Positions 24,701 through 36,700 of a DNA stretch of 64,000 bases are shown in pieces. The DNA lies in the NCBI RefSeq assembly GCF_001447785.1, contig NW_015174860.1, positions 810,081 to 874,080 on the forward strand, in the 5' to 3' direction. Position 1 is the stretch's first letter; the number at the start of each line of letters is the position of its first letter. The position numbers and the translations under genes are program-made. The notes beneath the pieces were generated by a model that saw only the letters and a list, made by a program, of their open reading frames with translations, searched no databases and was not told the DNA's origin. The stretch is from Gekko japonicus (lineage: Eukaryota).

Positions 24701-27700
24701 TTGTTGCAACACAGTATTTTTGCCGTGACAAGTTGTTTCTTATCCAGCAGACTTGCCCCTGATTTTCCTATATAGGCTGTCCTTGTGTAAGCCTGCCTTT
24801 CCCTGTTGCGCAGAAAGGAGGACAGAGGGTCACTCATACCTGTCTCCCGGCACAGCAGGCAGGCCCATCCCCTTAGGAAGGAAGGAACAGGAGACTGCCC
24901 TGGTTTTGACAGGCTGCCTTGAGCTCCCCAGCTTTTTACAGGCAGGGATCTGAGCTGAACGCATGATTAAGTCTTGCTGTATTTTTTTCTTCCCCCCTTT
25001 CTTCCTTCAATGCTGATCCCAACCCCATTTTTTTCCAGGTGTATGAGGTAAGCTTGGAATTTCCCTGTTCCCCTCTTCACCAGCCCTTTCCCTGTGTCAC
25101 TCCATTGTGTTGGGACAGCACAGCACTCGTGAAACTAACCATCCCATTTGCTCTTTAACCTGCTCTGCCGAACTGCTCAGCAAGGGGCCATTGCACTGGT
25201 GCTGGAGGGAGGGTGGGTGGGGGAAAGTTTCACGTCTGTTGTCAACATGGCTTTGCACCCACCCTTTGAGCTGCCACGGCTCTCCTTGAGGTGTACAAAG
25301 TCCAAGGAAAAAGGGGGCTCCAAGCATGGGTTTTTTTGCACTACTACTGAGACAGAGACATTTTTCATCATGGGGCATAATACCTTCCTCTACTGCAAGT
25401 TACTGGTGAGGCTTTCCAGCCTGAGCACCAGAAGTGAAGTGGAAAGGTTTTGTCACAGAGCATCATTATGTTTTTTTCCCAAAGTATTCTTTCAAAATGT
25501 GTTTGGTAAATGCAGGCCTTATGTCTTGTCCTCTCTCTCACACACACAGTAATTGTCAAGGGATAAGGACATCATGAGATGAACTGACAATGTATCCCTT
25601 GATCCAGAGCAGGGAATGCTCAGCTATTTTGCAAGTCTTGGGCAGGTTTCTCTTTTCCTCTAGGGAATCATCCATATTCAGAAACATGTGCTGAAGGGAA
25701 GGTTTGTGTTATAATGCACTCCTTGTGAGGGCCACTCTCTGCAAGGTGGCTAAGCTTTGCTTGGATCTCTTGGTTCTCACATCTGTCTGGAACAGGCTCC
25801 CCTTCAGTGACTCAGGCAATAAAATTCAGTGAAGTACAGAATGCCCCCACTTTGGTGCCATGCATTTTGGTGCCAGAGCAGCCTGCCATTCTTTCTGTAG
25901 ATGTCATAGGCCAAGGGTGTGCAATGACAAATCTGGTGGGTACCTGCTTTAATGGGCTACTGTCAGCACGATTCTGCCTGGGTCTGGAATCTCTGGAAAG
26001 GGTTTGATGCTGCCCCAGAGTTCTGCAGGCCAGACTGCAGGAAGGGGAAGAAGACTGGCTTCCCACATGTACAATGCAGATCCCAGCAAATGGCGCAAAA
26101 TGCAAAGGCATATCACCACACAGCTCCAGTCCCCTGGCCTCTTGTGTTCTCAACTGGCATGTGGTGGGGGGAGACAGTAACACCCCCCCTTAATTCCAGT
26201 TGTGCCACTACTGATCACAGTGGCAGTTCTTCCCTGCTACTGTCAATACATGTATGGAATTATGCCTTTTTATGTCAGTGTGCACATGCGTGTGTGTGTA
26301 TGTGTGCTTGCGTGCGTGCATGTTGCATGCTCTGCCTGAGCATGGATGAGATCACACATTAATTATTCCCCTCAAGAGCAAAGCACATAACATTGTTAGG
26401 CTTGCTCCCTTTCTGTGATGTTGGTTCGATCCATTAAATAGTAGGAGAGGAAGAGCTCCTCTCCACTGTCTCAGCAGCCAAGCCTTCAAGTGCAAAATGA
26501 ATAATCCACTCAGAAATCTCAGCAAACCTGAGCATCCCTGCTTGATATGTGCTCCGTGGAGGCAGAGAACATCCTGCTATTCTCTATGTAGATGTCACCA
26601 GCCTGTACAATATATGGGGTCCCCAAGAGATACACAGTGCAGTCCTACGTAAGAGTTACGCCCTTCTAAGTCCATTGAAGTCAGTGGGTTCAGAATGGTG
26701 TGACTACTTAGGCTAACACTGCTGACCTCTGGATGTATGAGTGGAACTAGGTCACTGTAACCAAGGTTGATTCACTCACATAGAGATCCCAAGTGCTGCA
26801 GAACTCCCAACAGGACAGGAAAGCTCCTGGTCATAGCTGGAAGAATCAGCAAATATTCAGGGCCTAATCAACGTCAACAGAGAATATTTTCTGCCCTCTG
26901 CTATAGCAAACATTAAAATGTGTGGGAAGGCAGCTGCATGAGTGGACCTGGTATATTTCTTGACATTGGAAAAGACATATTCTTACAGATTTGTATAGAA
27001 CAACCCTACACACAGCTATCAGTCATATGCTTTTCTTAGTTACTCCCTGATGCCTGGAACCTGTGGCAACACAGATGCAACTTCTAAATGCAACACCCCG
27101 CAGTGACATAGCACTCGCCTCAGTATTCCTTGTGCTCTGGTCAGAGATTAAAGGATTTGGGGAGCTCTCCCTTCTCTCAGCCCCATCTGCCACTGCCCAG
27201 AGTTTGATAAAACTCTGAAAAGTGTAGATTCATGTCTGTCACATACAAACAGTTTGTGAGCTCTTGTGGCACACCAAGTTCCCCCCCCCCCAGTGCATTT
27301 CCCAGGCATGGCTGTAGCTGTGAGGAAAAGAGAGAGTTTGCCTTTTTCACCATGAGACTCGCTTACTCCTGAAATATCTAATTTGCATCAAGGAATGGTG
27401 GTGATTGGTATAGCTAAGTGACAGTTACCCCTTTGTTAAAGACCTGTCATCACTCCCTTTATCTTGTAAAGTTCAGAAGAATGTACACTTGTAATACCCC
27501 GTTTCATCTTCCACACATAGCTGAGGTGACACTTTAATGAATAGACTCAGCTGGCCAATGGCTTGTTAACTTTTGTAATTAAAGAACTATGCTGCATTTT
27601 TGGATAAGGCCAAGTCTCAGGGTACTAAGCTGCCTTTTGCTTCTTCCCACAGCAGATAGAGGAGGAGCTTTTACAATTCACATACAAAAGTGATGAAATC

Positions 27701-30700
27701 TGATCCACATGTTTCTTCCCCAAACTCCAATCGATCGCTTACCTCCACTTTCTTTGTTACTGCTGATTATGCTCAGTTGCTTATGTTCAGTATATACTCC
27801 AGTATTTTAAGCATTGAAAAGTTCTTCTTCCCCAGCTGGCTCAGATTTATGGTTACTAGCCCTGAGACACCTGCCTGGTTCTTCTCCAGGGTACAGCAAT
27901 GTAATGCCATCACCTTGCTTGCTAGGAGCTGCCTTGATCTCTGAGGCATTTCCTCTTGGGACTAGGTTTGGGGGTTTGACAGTTTACTCCCTGGAATCTC
28001 AGTGCCCAAGCTGTAGAAAATGGCAAGCTTGAAAACAAACCAGTACTGCTGCTGATTCTTATGCTGAGCACTCTAGATACATTGCTTGTTTTCTTGGGGA
28101 GCATAATTAAGATGCGCTTACCACAATTTGTCCTTTAACACTTTGATCACCTTCATGTGCTTGCACCTTCAAATGATTGCTTTAAAAGTGCTCAGAGGGT
28201 GGACTTTTCCACCTCTGTCAGTGCATGCGTATTAGTGGAATGGTGACTCATATGGGCATTGAAGACTGCAAGTTAAAGGTTTAAAAGGGTGGCTCTCTGG
28301 AGTTGGAGGACTGCTAGCATGAGAGGTACTTGTTGGCCCAAAGGGAGGGATGGGATTTGCACTTTGAAGAGATGGGAGTGAGAAGCAGGTCAGAAGAACA
28401 TCTGGTCTGCTGAGTATTCAGACAAACGTGGTACAAACTGGTTACAGTGTGCAGTGTAATGAGGTGTTTAGAAGGCACAGATGCCCTCTATGACCTGGTT
28501 AACTCTTCCTCTGTTTTCTTGGAATGAATTCTGGAGGGGCTTTTCAACCTTTTCCTGCATCTCCATTTTCCCCTTCAGTTGAGGAGCTCCTTCAACAAGG
28601 CTTTCAGCATCAAGAAGGGCCCCAAATCTGCCTCCTCTTACTCCGACATAGAGGAGATTGCCACCCCTGACTCTTCAGCACCATCATCCCCTAAGCTGCA
28701 GCATGGATCCACAGAGACTGCCTCTCCCTCCATCAAATCCTCCAACTCTTCTTCTGTTGGCATTGATAACACTGAGTGAGTCCTGCCCTCCTACTCTCTG
28801 TGGAGTGAAGACAGGGATACCTCAATGAGTAGGCTGAGACATGGCAGATCTTCATCTGCTAGGGATCATCCTGCCTGTCTTCCCACCCCCATCCACCACC
28901 AAAGCCAGCCAGGATGGCTGTAAGGGAAGGGGTTTGAAATGGATCTGTCTAGCAGTCTCACGTTCTCCCATCAGTAAAATACTGATAGTGAACCACCTGA
29001 CATTATTAAGAGAGGATGAAGTAAACATTGTAATGCATGTTGCACTATAAAATGGGTTGCAAACTTAATAACAATAAGAACAATGGTAATAAATTTTTGT
29101 TTTAGCAGTTTTATATATTCTGTGTAAGCCGCCCTGAGCCTGCCCTGGCAGGGAGGGCAGGATATAAATTAAATAAATAATGAATGAATGACTCGGTGAG
29201 GTTCTCTCGGTTAGACCTGTTGTATTTTTACACCAGTCCCAGCTCAGATGCAGTCAGGTCCCTTTCCCTCTGACCCATAAAGTTTGGGATCTAGATCAGT
29301 GAGTCGGCTTGGATCCAGATATTTTGTTGGATCCAACACAGTTTTCTGCTGGTGTAAAAGGAAGGAGAGGGTCCCCTTTGACCACAAAAAAGGTTATGCT
29401 AGTGATTGTGGGACCTGTGTGGACAAAAACCATGTGGGGATGGGGGTTAACGTAGGGAGGGGATTTGGGCAAGACTGAGCAAAAAAAGCTTGCAGGATCC
29501 AACCTGCTGTTCAACCTGGGGTTATGTGATTGTTAAGAGGTAGTGCAGGGGAGAGGACTGACCAGGGTGGCCGTGTTAGTCTGTCTGTAGCAGTAGAAAA
29601 GAGCAAGAGCCCAGTAGCACCTTAAAGACTGACACACTATGTGGCAGGGGTATGAGCTTCCATGAGTCACTGCTCACGCCTTCAGAATGTAGCTGAAGGT
29701 GGCTGAATGAGTACCTTTTAGAGCTGTATTTGGAATGATTTCAGATGCTGCCAGGAGGCCATGGCACTGAGGGAAGGTTTATGTCTGAGAGGTTTGGACT
29801 CAAGTGCACAGATACCCAGTTTATACCTTGACTTTCCACTTTGGTCCACAAAGAGTCAAACTTAGGCTAGCATTCCTGCACCCATTTCTAATCATGGCTG
29901 AACTCACTTAAATCCCTTGGCAGGCTGTTCCAGACCAATGAAGAGGAGGAACCCGAGAAAAAGGAGGTCTCAGAGCTGCGTTCAGAGCTGTGGGAGAAGG
30001 AAATGAAATTGACTGACATCCGATTGGAAGCTCTAAATTCTGCCCATCAGCTGGATCAGCTGCGTGAAACGATGCACAACATGCAGGTGGGTCCTGTGTG
30101 CTGCTGGGTTAGTACTGCTCCTGGTGCAGATGAAGAGCCCAGTTGGGCCATGTGAATGTTTGGGGGTAAGAAAGAATGAGCTTTTGAGCTTCACAGAACT
30201 CTTCATGGGACATCCAATGTACTCCTCTCACTTTCTTGCACCTTCTAAACATACGTGGCAGTGCAAAAAAAAAAGTCACTGTGACAAATTACCCCTCACA
30301 ATGTTGGAGGAGATGGCAGGATTAAGACCGTGGATTCTGGAGCTCCTCCTTTCGTTAGGCAGCATTTTGAGATTAAGGACACTGGTCTGCAAAATACCTC
30401 TGCTCCTTTTTCTGTAGTTTGGCTTTCACTGCTCAGACTTTGACATCCGTGCCCAGCATTAACAAACTAGAACTGCCTCACTCAGAGTCACTGTAGGAAA
30501 GGCAGCCTGGGACTGGGGTGGATTGCAGAAGACATTTTGTAATGTCCCGTTCTCAGAAAGGACTCTGCCTTTTAGGGTTTGGTTGCCATGCCAAGGGCTT
30601 ACATGCTCCTTTTTTTTTTTAAGGGAGCTGGGATCCATAAAGGTTTCAGATGTCTCACTCCTACCTCTGCTCTGTACCTTCTCTACAGCTGGAGGTGGAT

Positions 30701-33700
30701 CTGTTGAAAGCAGAGAATGACCGGCTGAAGGTGGTCCCTGGGCCATCCTCTGTGCCAGGCTCCATCCCGAGCCACATCCTGGGCTCAATTGCCTCCTCAT
30801 CCCCAAGGCGCTCTCTGGGTCTCCAGCTGGCTCATCCTTTCAGTCCCAGCCTGACTGATACAGGTATGGTTTTTTTTAGAGGTAAATAATTCTGGGGCGG
30901 GAGGGGGAGCTTCACCAAGGATAGACCATGTGGCCTGGAAAGGGGGGAAGGGAATTAGCATGCAGATCCCTTGCTTTGGAGAACTGGGCTAGATGACATT
31001 TGGGTATATTCTTCCTCTGTTATTCTGTGAGTACACAGTCCATTACCATGTTGAGAGCTTTATGGTGTCTCAGAGGGAGAACCCACAAGGGGTGAGGAAG
31101 GGCAGGAGAAGAGGGGCTGCACAGAAACTGAAAGGAGATGAAGAAAGAAGATGGATTGGAAAAAACTGTCCTAAACTGTGATGTCCCAGGCTGTGAAGAA
31201 GGCACGAAGGCAGCAGTTGAGGCGCCATACACTCTTAGGGTAGCACATTAATGAGGTTTATCTGTCGGCATGCAGGGATTCCCAGCAACACCATCCCAGA
31301 TTAATGAGGCCTGCTTGTGTTCAGAATACACATATCCAATTGTACTTTTCCTTCCCCAGAGCTGTCACCAATGGATGGCATCACTGCTGGTACCCAGAAG
31401 GATGAGGTGACATTGCGAATTGTAGTGCGCATGCCACCTCAGCATATCATCAAAGGGGTAAGCACTAGTGAAAGGAGGGGGGGGAACAGGTGCAATACTT
31501 GTGCATCTCAGCTGCTGCAGAGCTTGAGGACTCTGCTTACTTATTCCTGTAGCCATGATCTGGTAGCCGTAGTTCCTGGTCACATTTCTGTCTCCCTTTG
31601 GTATTCAGGACCTGAAACAGCAGGAGTTCTATCTGGGCAGCAGTAAAGTGAATGGGAAACTGGACTGGAAAATGCTGGATGAAGCTGTCTGCCAGGTCTT
31701 CAAGGTGAGAGGCTAATGGCAGCTTTTTGGCTGTTCTGTCCCGTTCAGAAGTTTTATTTGAAAACTCTGAGATACTGGGTGACTAGTCCTCTAACACCAC
31801 ACAATTATGCCCTGTTCAAATTCTCACTCATGAAGTTGCGGGGGGGGGGGGAGAGTTGGACTGGACATTTTGAATAGTGATACTGACGGGGGGAGGGGGC
31901 ACGTTCTGAAAAGGCAAAAAGGATTAACCTAAAGTCTGATGTACTGAATTGTCAAGAATGTCCTTTCAGAAGGCATACAAGAAGAAATGGGGGAGGGGCA
32001 CATCCCATGTCCAGCAGACCCACAGGATAAGTAACTCCTGGTATGGTCTTGCACAGCAGCTAAGAGAGAAATGACACTACCAGTTCAAATTTCACTTCAT
32101 CCACAAAGCCTTAGGCAAGCAACTTTCTCTCAGCCTCCCCATCTGTGATTTGCAAAATAATACTGCTGCCTTACTTTACAGGACTGTTGTAGGCATTATT
32201 TTGATAAGTTATTTGAACACTGTAAATAATACACATGCTAAGTATTAAATGATGCAATAGCAGCAGTTTACTTAAGATCATAAGAACAGCCTTGCTGTAT
32301 CAGACCAGTGGCCCATCTAGTCCATCATTCTGTTTCACACGGCAGCCAACCAGTTGCCCCGGGGGGGGGAGGGGCAAGAATCAGGACACAGATGTCCAGG
32401 GCCTTCCCTGATGCTGCCTCCTAGCATTGGTGTTCAGAGGTTTGCTGCCTCTGAACAGGGTGGTTCCCTTTAGTCACTATGCTTAATAGCCACTGTTGGA
32501 TCCATCCTCCAGAAATCTAATTCCCATCTGTGCTCACTGTGTCCTCTAGCACTGAATTCCACAATTTAATTATTCCTTGAGTACAAAATTATTTCCTCTT
32601 GTCTGTCCTGAACCTGTTGTTCATTAACTTTGATGGGTGCCCCCAAGTGTGGGAGAGGGAGACACTCTCTGTCTCAGTGAAGTATCATGCAGCCCTGGTG
32701 GGTAAACCAATGACTTCCTGTTGCCCTAGTGCCATGTTTGTTTTGAAGCCTGACATGAACTGGGTCATTCCCTGTCTTCCACTCAGGACTACATCACCAA
32801 GATGGATCCTGCTGCCACACTGGGGCTCAGCATGGAGTCTGTCTATGGCTACAGTATCAGCCACATCAAGCGGGTCTTGGACACGGAGCCCCCAGAGCTG
32901 CCACCTTGCCGACGTGGTGTGACCAGCATTGCGGTGACATTGAAAGGTAGTACAACAGTTTTTGAAAACTTTTATTCAGTACAGCTGTACTCCTGGCCAC
33001 ACCTGCTTTATATTCTGCCCAGTTCCAAGCTTTTTGCAGTGTGTTGCATCTAAGTGGAAAAGGCAACGGGCACCTCAGTATGAAAGCACATTTGGCAAAC
33101 GCAGCAAGTTCAGAATGGATGGTGGAGCCCGGAGCTGCACTTTATTATTAAAGAGAAAGATCTGCACTTCAGACTTGATGGATACTGCAGGGAATGGTCT
33201 TCTTTTAACATGGCAGTTCTGCTGAAGTCTCAAAGAATTCCAGACTGAGGCAGAAATGTTAGCCAGTAGGCGCTGGGTGGGAATGGATGAAGCCATCCCA
33301 AGAAGGAGGGCTCAGCACAGTGGCAGGAGGTGATGACGCTGCACAGCATTAAAAGGGTGGGGTAGTTATTATAGAAGAAAAAGTGTGCTGCTGTGGTGAA
33401 GGAAAGGGATTTTAGTACGGCAGGCAATACCTCATTATGGTTAGCAGCAGCAAGGTTTGGCATGGTTGGGAGGCCCTGTTTTGTAACCATCATATCCTTT
33501 TGCACAGGGCTAAAGGAGAAGTGCGTGGACAGTCTGGTGTTTGAGACCCTTATCCCCAAGCCCATGATGCAGCATTATATAAGCCTCCTACTCAAGCACC
33601 GGCGCCTCATCCTGTCGGGACCAAGTGGAACTGGCAAGACCTACCTGACCAATCGTCTTGCTGAGTACTTGGTGGAGCGCTCAGGCCGTGAGGTCACAGA

Positions 33701-36700
33701 TGGCATCGTCAACACCTTCAACATGCACCAGCAGTCATGCAAGGTCTGGGACTAACTACCTTTCATATCTGTACAAATATAAGTAAAGTTTCTCTTAACC
33801 CTCCAGCACAGTCCTGCTGATAGCATTCCTCACTCACAATTTCCCCGGCAATATCAGCCTGAGGAACTTCCTCAAACCTTCCAGTCCTTTGTCAATATGC
33901 CCCTTCAATTCTCAGTGCTCCCCCCAACACCCAGTCTTGTGAGCTCACAATTATGTGAGCTCCCTTCCTAATGCCTTTGCATTATTGCATTAAACAACTG
34001 ACCATGTGTGCTTTCTGTGTGCTGGCATATGACCATTTGCATTACTCTTTACTAGGACTTGCAGCTTTACCTCTCCAATCTGGCCAATCAGATTGATCGG
34101 GAAACAGGGATAGATGTGCCCTTGGTCATCCTCCTTGATGATCTCAGTGAGCCAGGCTCAATCAGCGAGCTTGTCAATGGAGCTCTCACTTGCAAGTACC
34201 ACAAATGGTAAGAGAAGACTATAAAATAATATTACAATCCTGTTCCTTGGTGGTGGTCTTATCCCTAAGGGATGTTCTTAAGTTAAAAGGTGTGACAGTT
34301 TATGCAGTGTGTGTGTGTGTATGGGAGGTTGCCGGTGGTGGCATACCTGTAGCGTTGCCTCCGGCCTGCATCACTATCCTGATGTCCATGCAAAGGACAA
34401 GAGCCGTATTGAATCTTGCTGCTGTGTTGAGCACCCAGCTAAAGAGTTTCCCTACTCCCAGTTCTGTGTCATGAGCAAACAATTTGCACAGGCTGGTGCA
34501 TAATGGTGGTGTTGCTGTTCAGAAGCCAGACAGACAGAGGGCCTGATTATGCACTAGACCTAAAGCGGCTTGCCTGCCTGCCCCTCTGTCATTGTACTGC
34601 TCACTGTTATCTTGCTCAGTAGACTAGATACAACAGTCCCTCACCCAAAGCCAAGTGAGGCCATGCGCGTTTTGCTAGGTGGGCACTTCTCCATACTTTT
34701 TACTCAGCTTCTGGCATATTTGTCAACATATGGTTTGCTACATTATCGGCATCTCTGCTTGTGAGTTTTGATGGAGACAGGCTTGTCCCCAGTGCTGTGG
34801 GTGTTATCCTTTGGTCAGGAAAGATGCTTCAGACAATATCATAAAGGTTCAGACATGCTATCCCCCGTAAAGAAGTGTGCCAAACTTTTCTAAATATTTT
34901 TATTGCACTCCCAAGATGACTCCTTATGCTTATTGCAGCATTTCTTGCAAGAAACTTCCTTCCTCCATGCGCTTTCTCCAGTTTTTTTCTGTAGGAGCAA
35001 TTGAGCTGATGGTGGAATTGATAAAAGAGTGTTGCTAGTGCTAGCCAAGAGTCTCTTTCCTAAGAAGGTTATGAGTCCAAGTGAATAATCCTGCTGGGCT
35101 GAGACTGAGGAGGTGTAACAGAAAAGTCATCTAGCTGTGCTCCTGCAGAGAATAAATGAAAAATGCAGCACCTGCTAAGCCTGTTGCTTCTCTCCCCTGC
35201 CAGCCCCTACATCATTGGGACAACCAACCAGCCTGTGAAAATGACTCCAAACCATGGCCTGCATCTCAGCTTCAGGTAACGGCAGCAATACTAAAACCAC
35301 TGAGGACAGTGGGATGGCACATCTCCTCCTCTGCTCTGTCAGGTCCAAGATTCTAGAACTGCGAAGCTGCCATGGGACGGATTTGTGTAGTGTGTGTTTG
35401 TTGTCCCAGGGCAGAGGAGGAGATGAGAGGGAGAGGGTACACGTGCTTTGCTCTGTGTGGTGGTGTATTAGCTTTTGGGGGAGAATAGTTTGCTTCAAGT
35501 GCCAACTTTCCTCCCCATTCTTAATCTGGCCCTTGCCCTGCAGAATGTTGACTTTCTCCAACAACGTGGAGCCTGCCAACGGCTTCCTGGTGCGCTACCT
35601 ACGCCGGAAGCTCCTCGAGTCTGACAGTGATGTCAATGCCAACCGGGAAGAGCTGCTGCGCGTGCTGGACTGGGTGCCCAAGCTTTGGTACCACTTGCAT
35701 ACTTTCTTAGAGAAGCACAGCACCTCTGACTTCCTCATTGGTAAGGATGGCTGGAGCTGATATCAGGGGCAACCTTTATCATGCAGGAGGCTGGGACAAG
35801 AACTTGCAAGGCAAGATCTGAGAACCTAATAGGCAGCTTGGTTGATGTTGCAGCTTGTTTGGTGTAGTGGTTAAGTGCGCGGACTCTTATCTGGGAGAAC
35901 TGGGTTTGATTCCCCACTCCTCCACTTGCACCTGCTGATGTGACCTTGAGTCAGTCACAAGCTCTGGCACAGCTGTGTCAGAGTTCTCTCAGCCCCACCC
36001 ACCTCACAGGGTGTCTGTTGTGGGGAGGGGAAGGGAAAGGAGTTTGTAAGCCACTCTGAGACTCCAAGTGAAGGGCGGGGTATAAATCCAATCTCTTCTT
36101 CTTCTTCTTCTCCTTCTCTCCTTTAATTCATTTCTGCAAAAGATGTTCCAGGGCTCAAGGCTGCATGGAAGCAAGGATCCCCTGTCCTTAAATTCAGTGA
36201 GCTAGTCAGGGATGAGAGAAACGTATGCTGTGAGTGCCCAGTGGTATTCTTAATTAGTACTTCCATGTCCCAGGACTCTGAACCCTGTCTCAAATTAAGC
36301 CCTGGTTTCTTCTGTATCCAACCGATTGCTCTTAAGTATTTCTGTTAAAGGTATCTCAAGAACATGAAGTGGGACTATGGTAGATTTAGCAGATGTCAGC
36401 AGTTTTCCTTATTTTAAGACTAGGCTTTTAAAAAAAATTATTTGGTTGGCCACATGTACTATCGTAAATGCCATTGAATTCCTCCTTACTTTCCTGTTTG
36501 GTGAGTTACCTGTTAACAAACTCACTTAAACCCAAATATCATAAGAACCAGATACAAATCTTCAGTTTAGGAGCTGTCTGGCTTGTATACACCGAGGTTG
36601 TTTCTGCAGTGAGGGCCATCCAGGATTTGCTTCCCCCCAACAAAAGGACCGATGAGTCATGTGAACACATGAAACTGCCTTCTACTGAATGAGACCCTTG

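Noticed and set aside
29237-29257. Possible 21-nt phase-2 microexon (caccag|TCCCAGCTCAGATGCAGTCAG|gtccct) where human NAV1 has ~10 extra residues (recalled)
   Set aside because: Donor GTCCCT is very weak and the peptide does not resemble the human segment.
5714-36110. Opposite-orientation Squam3-like SINEs as drivers of back-splicing
   Set aside because: They are 30 kb apart and such copies are abundant genome-wide, so the claim cannot be supported without circRNA data.
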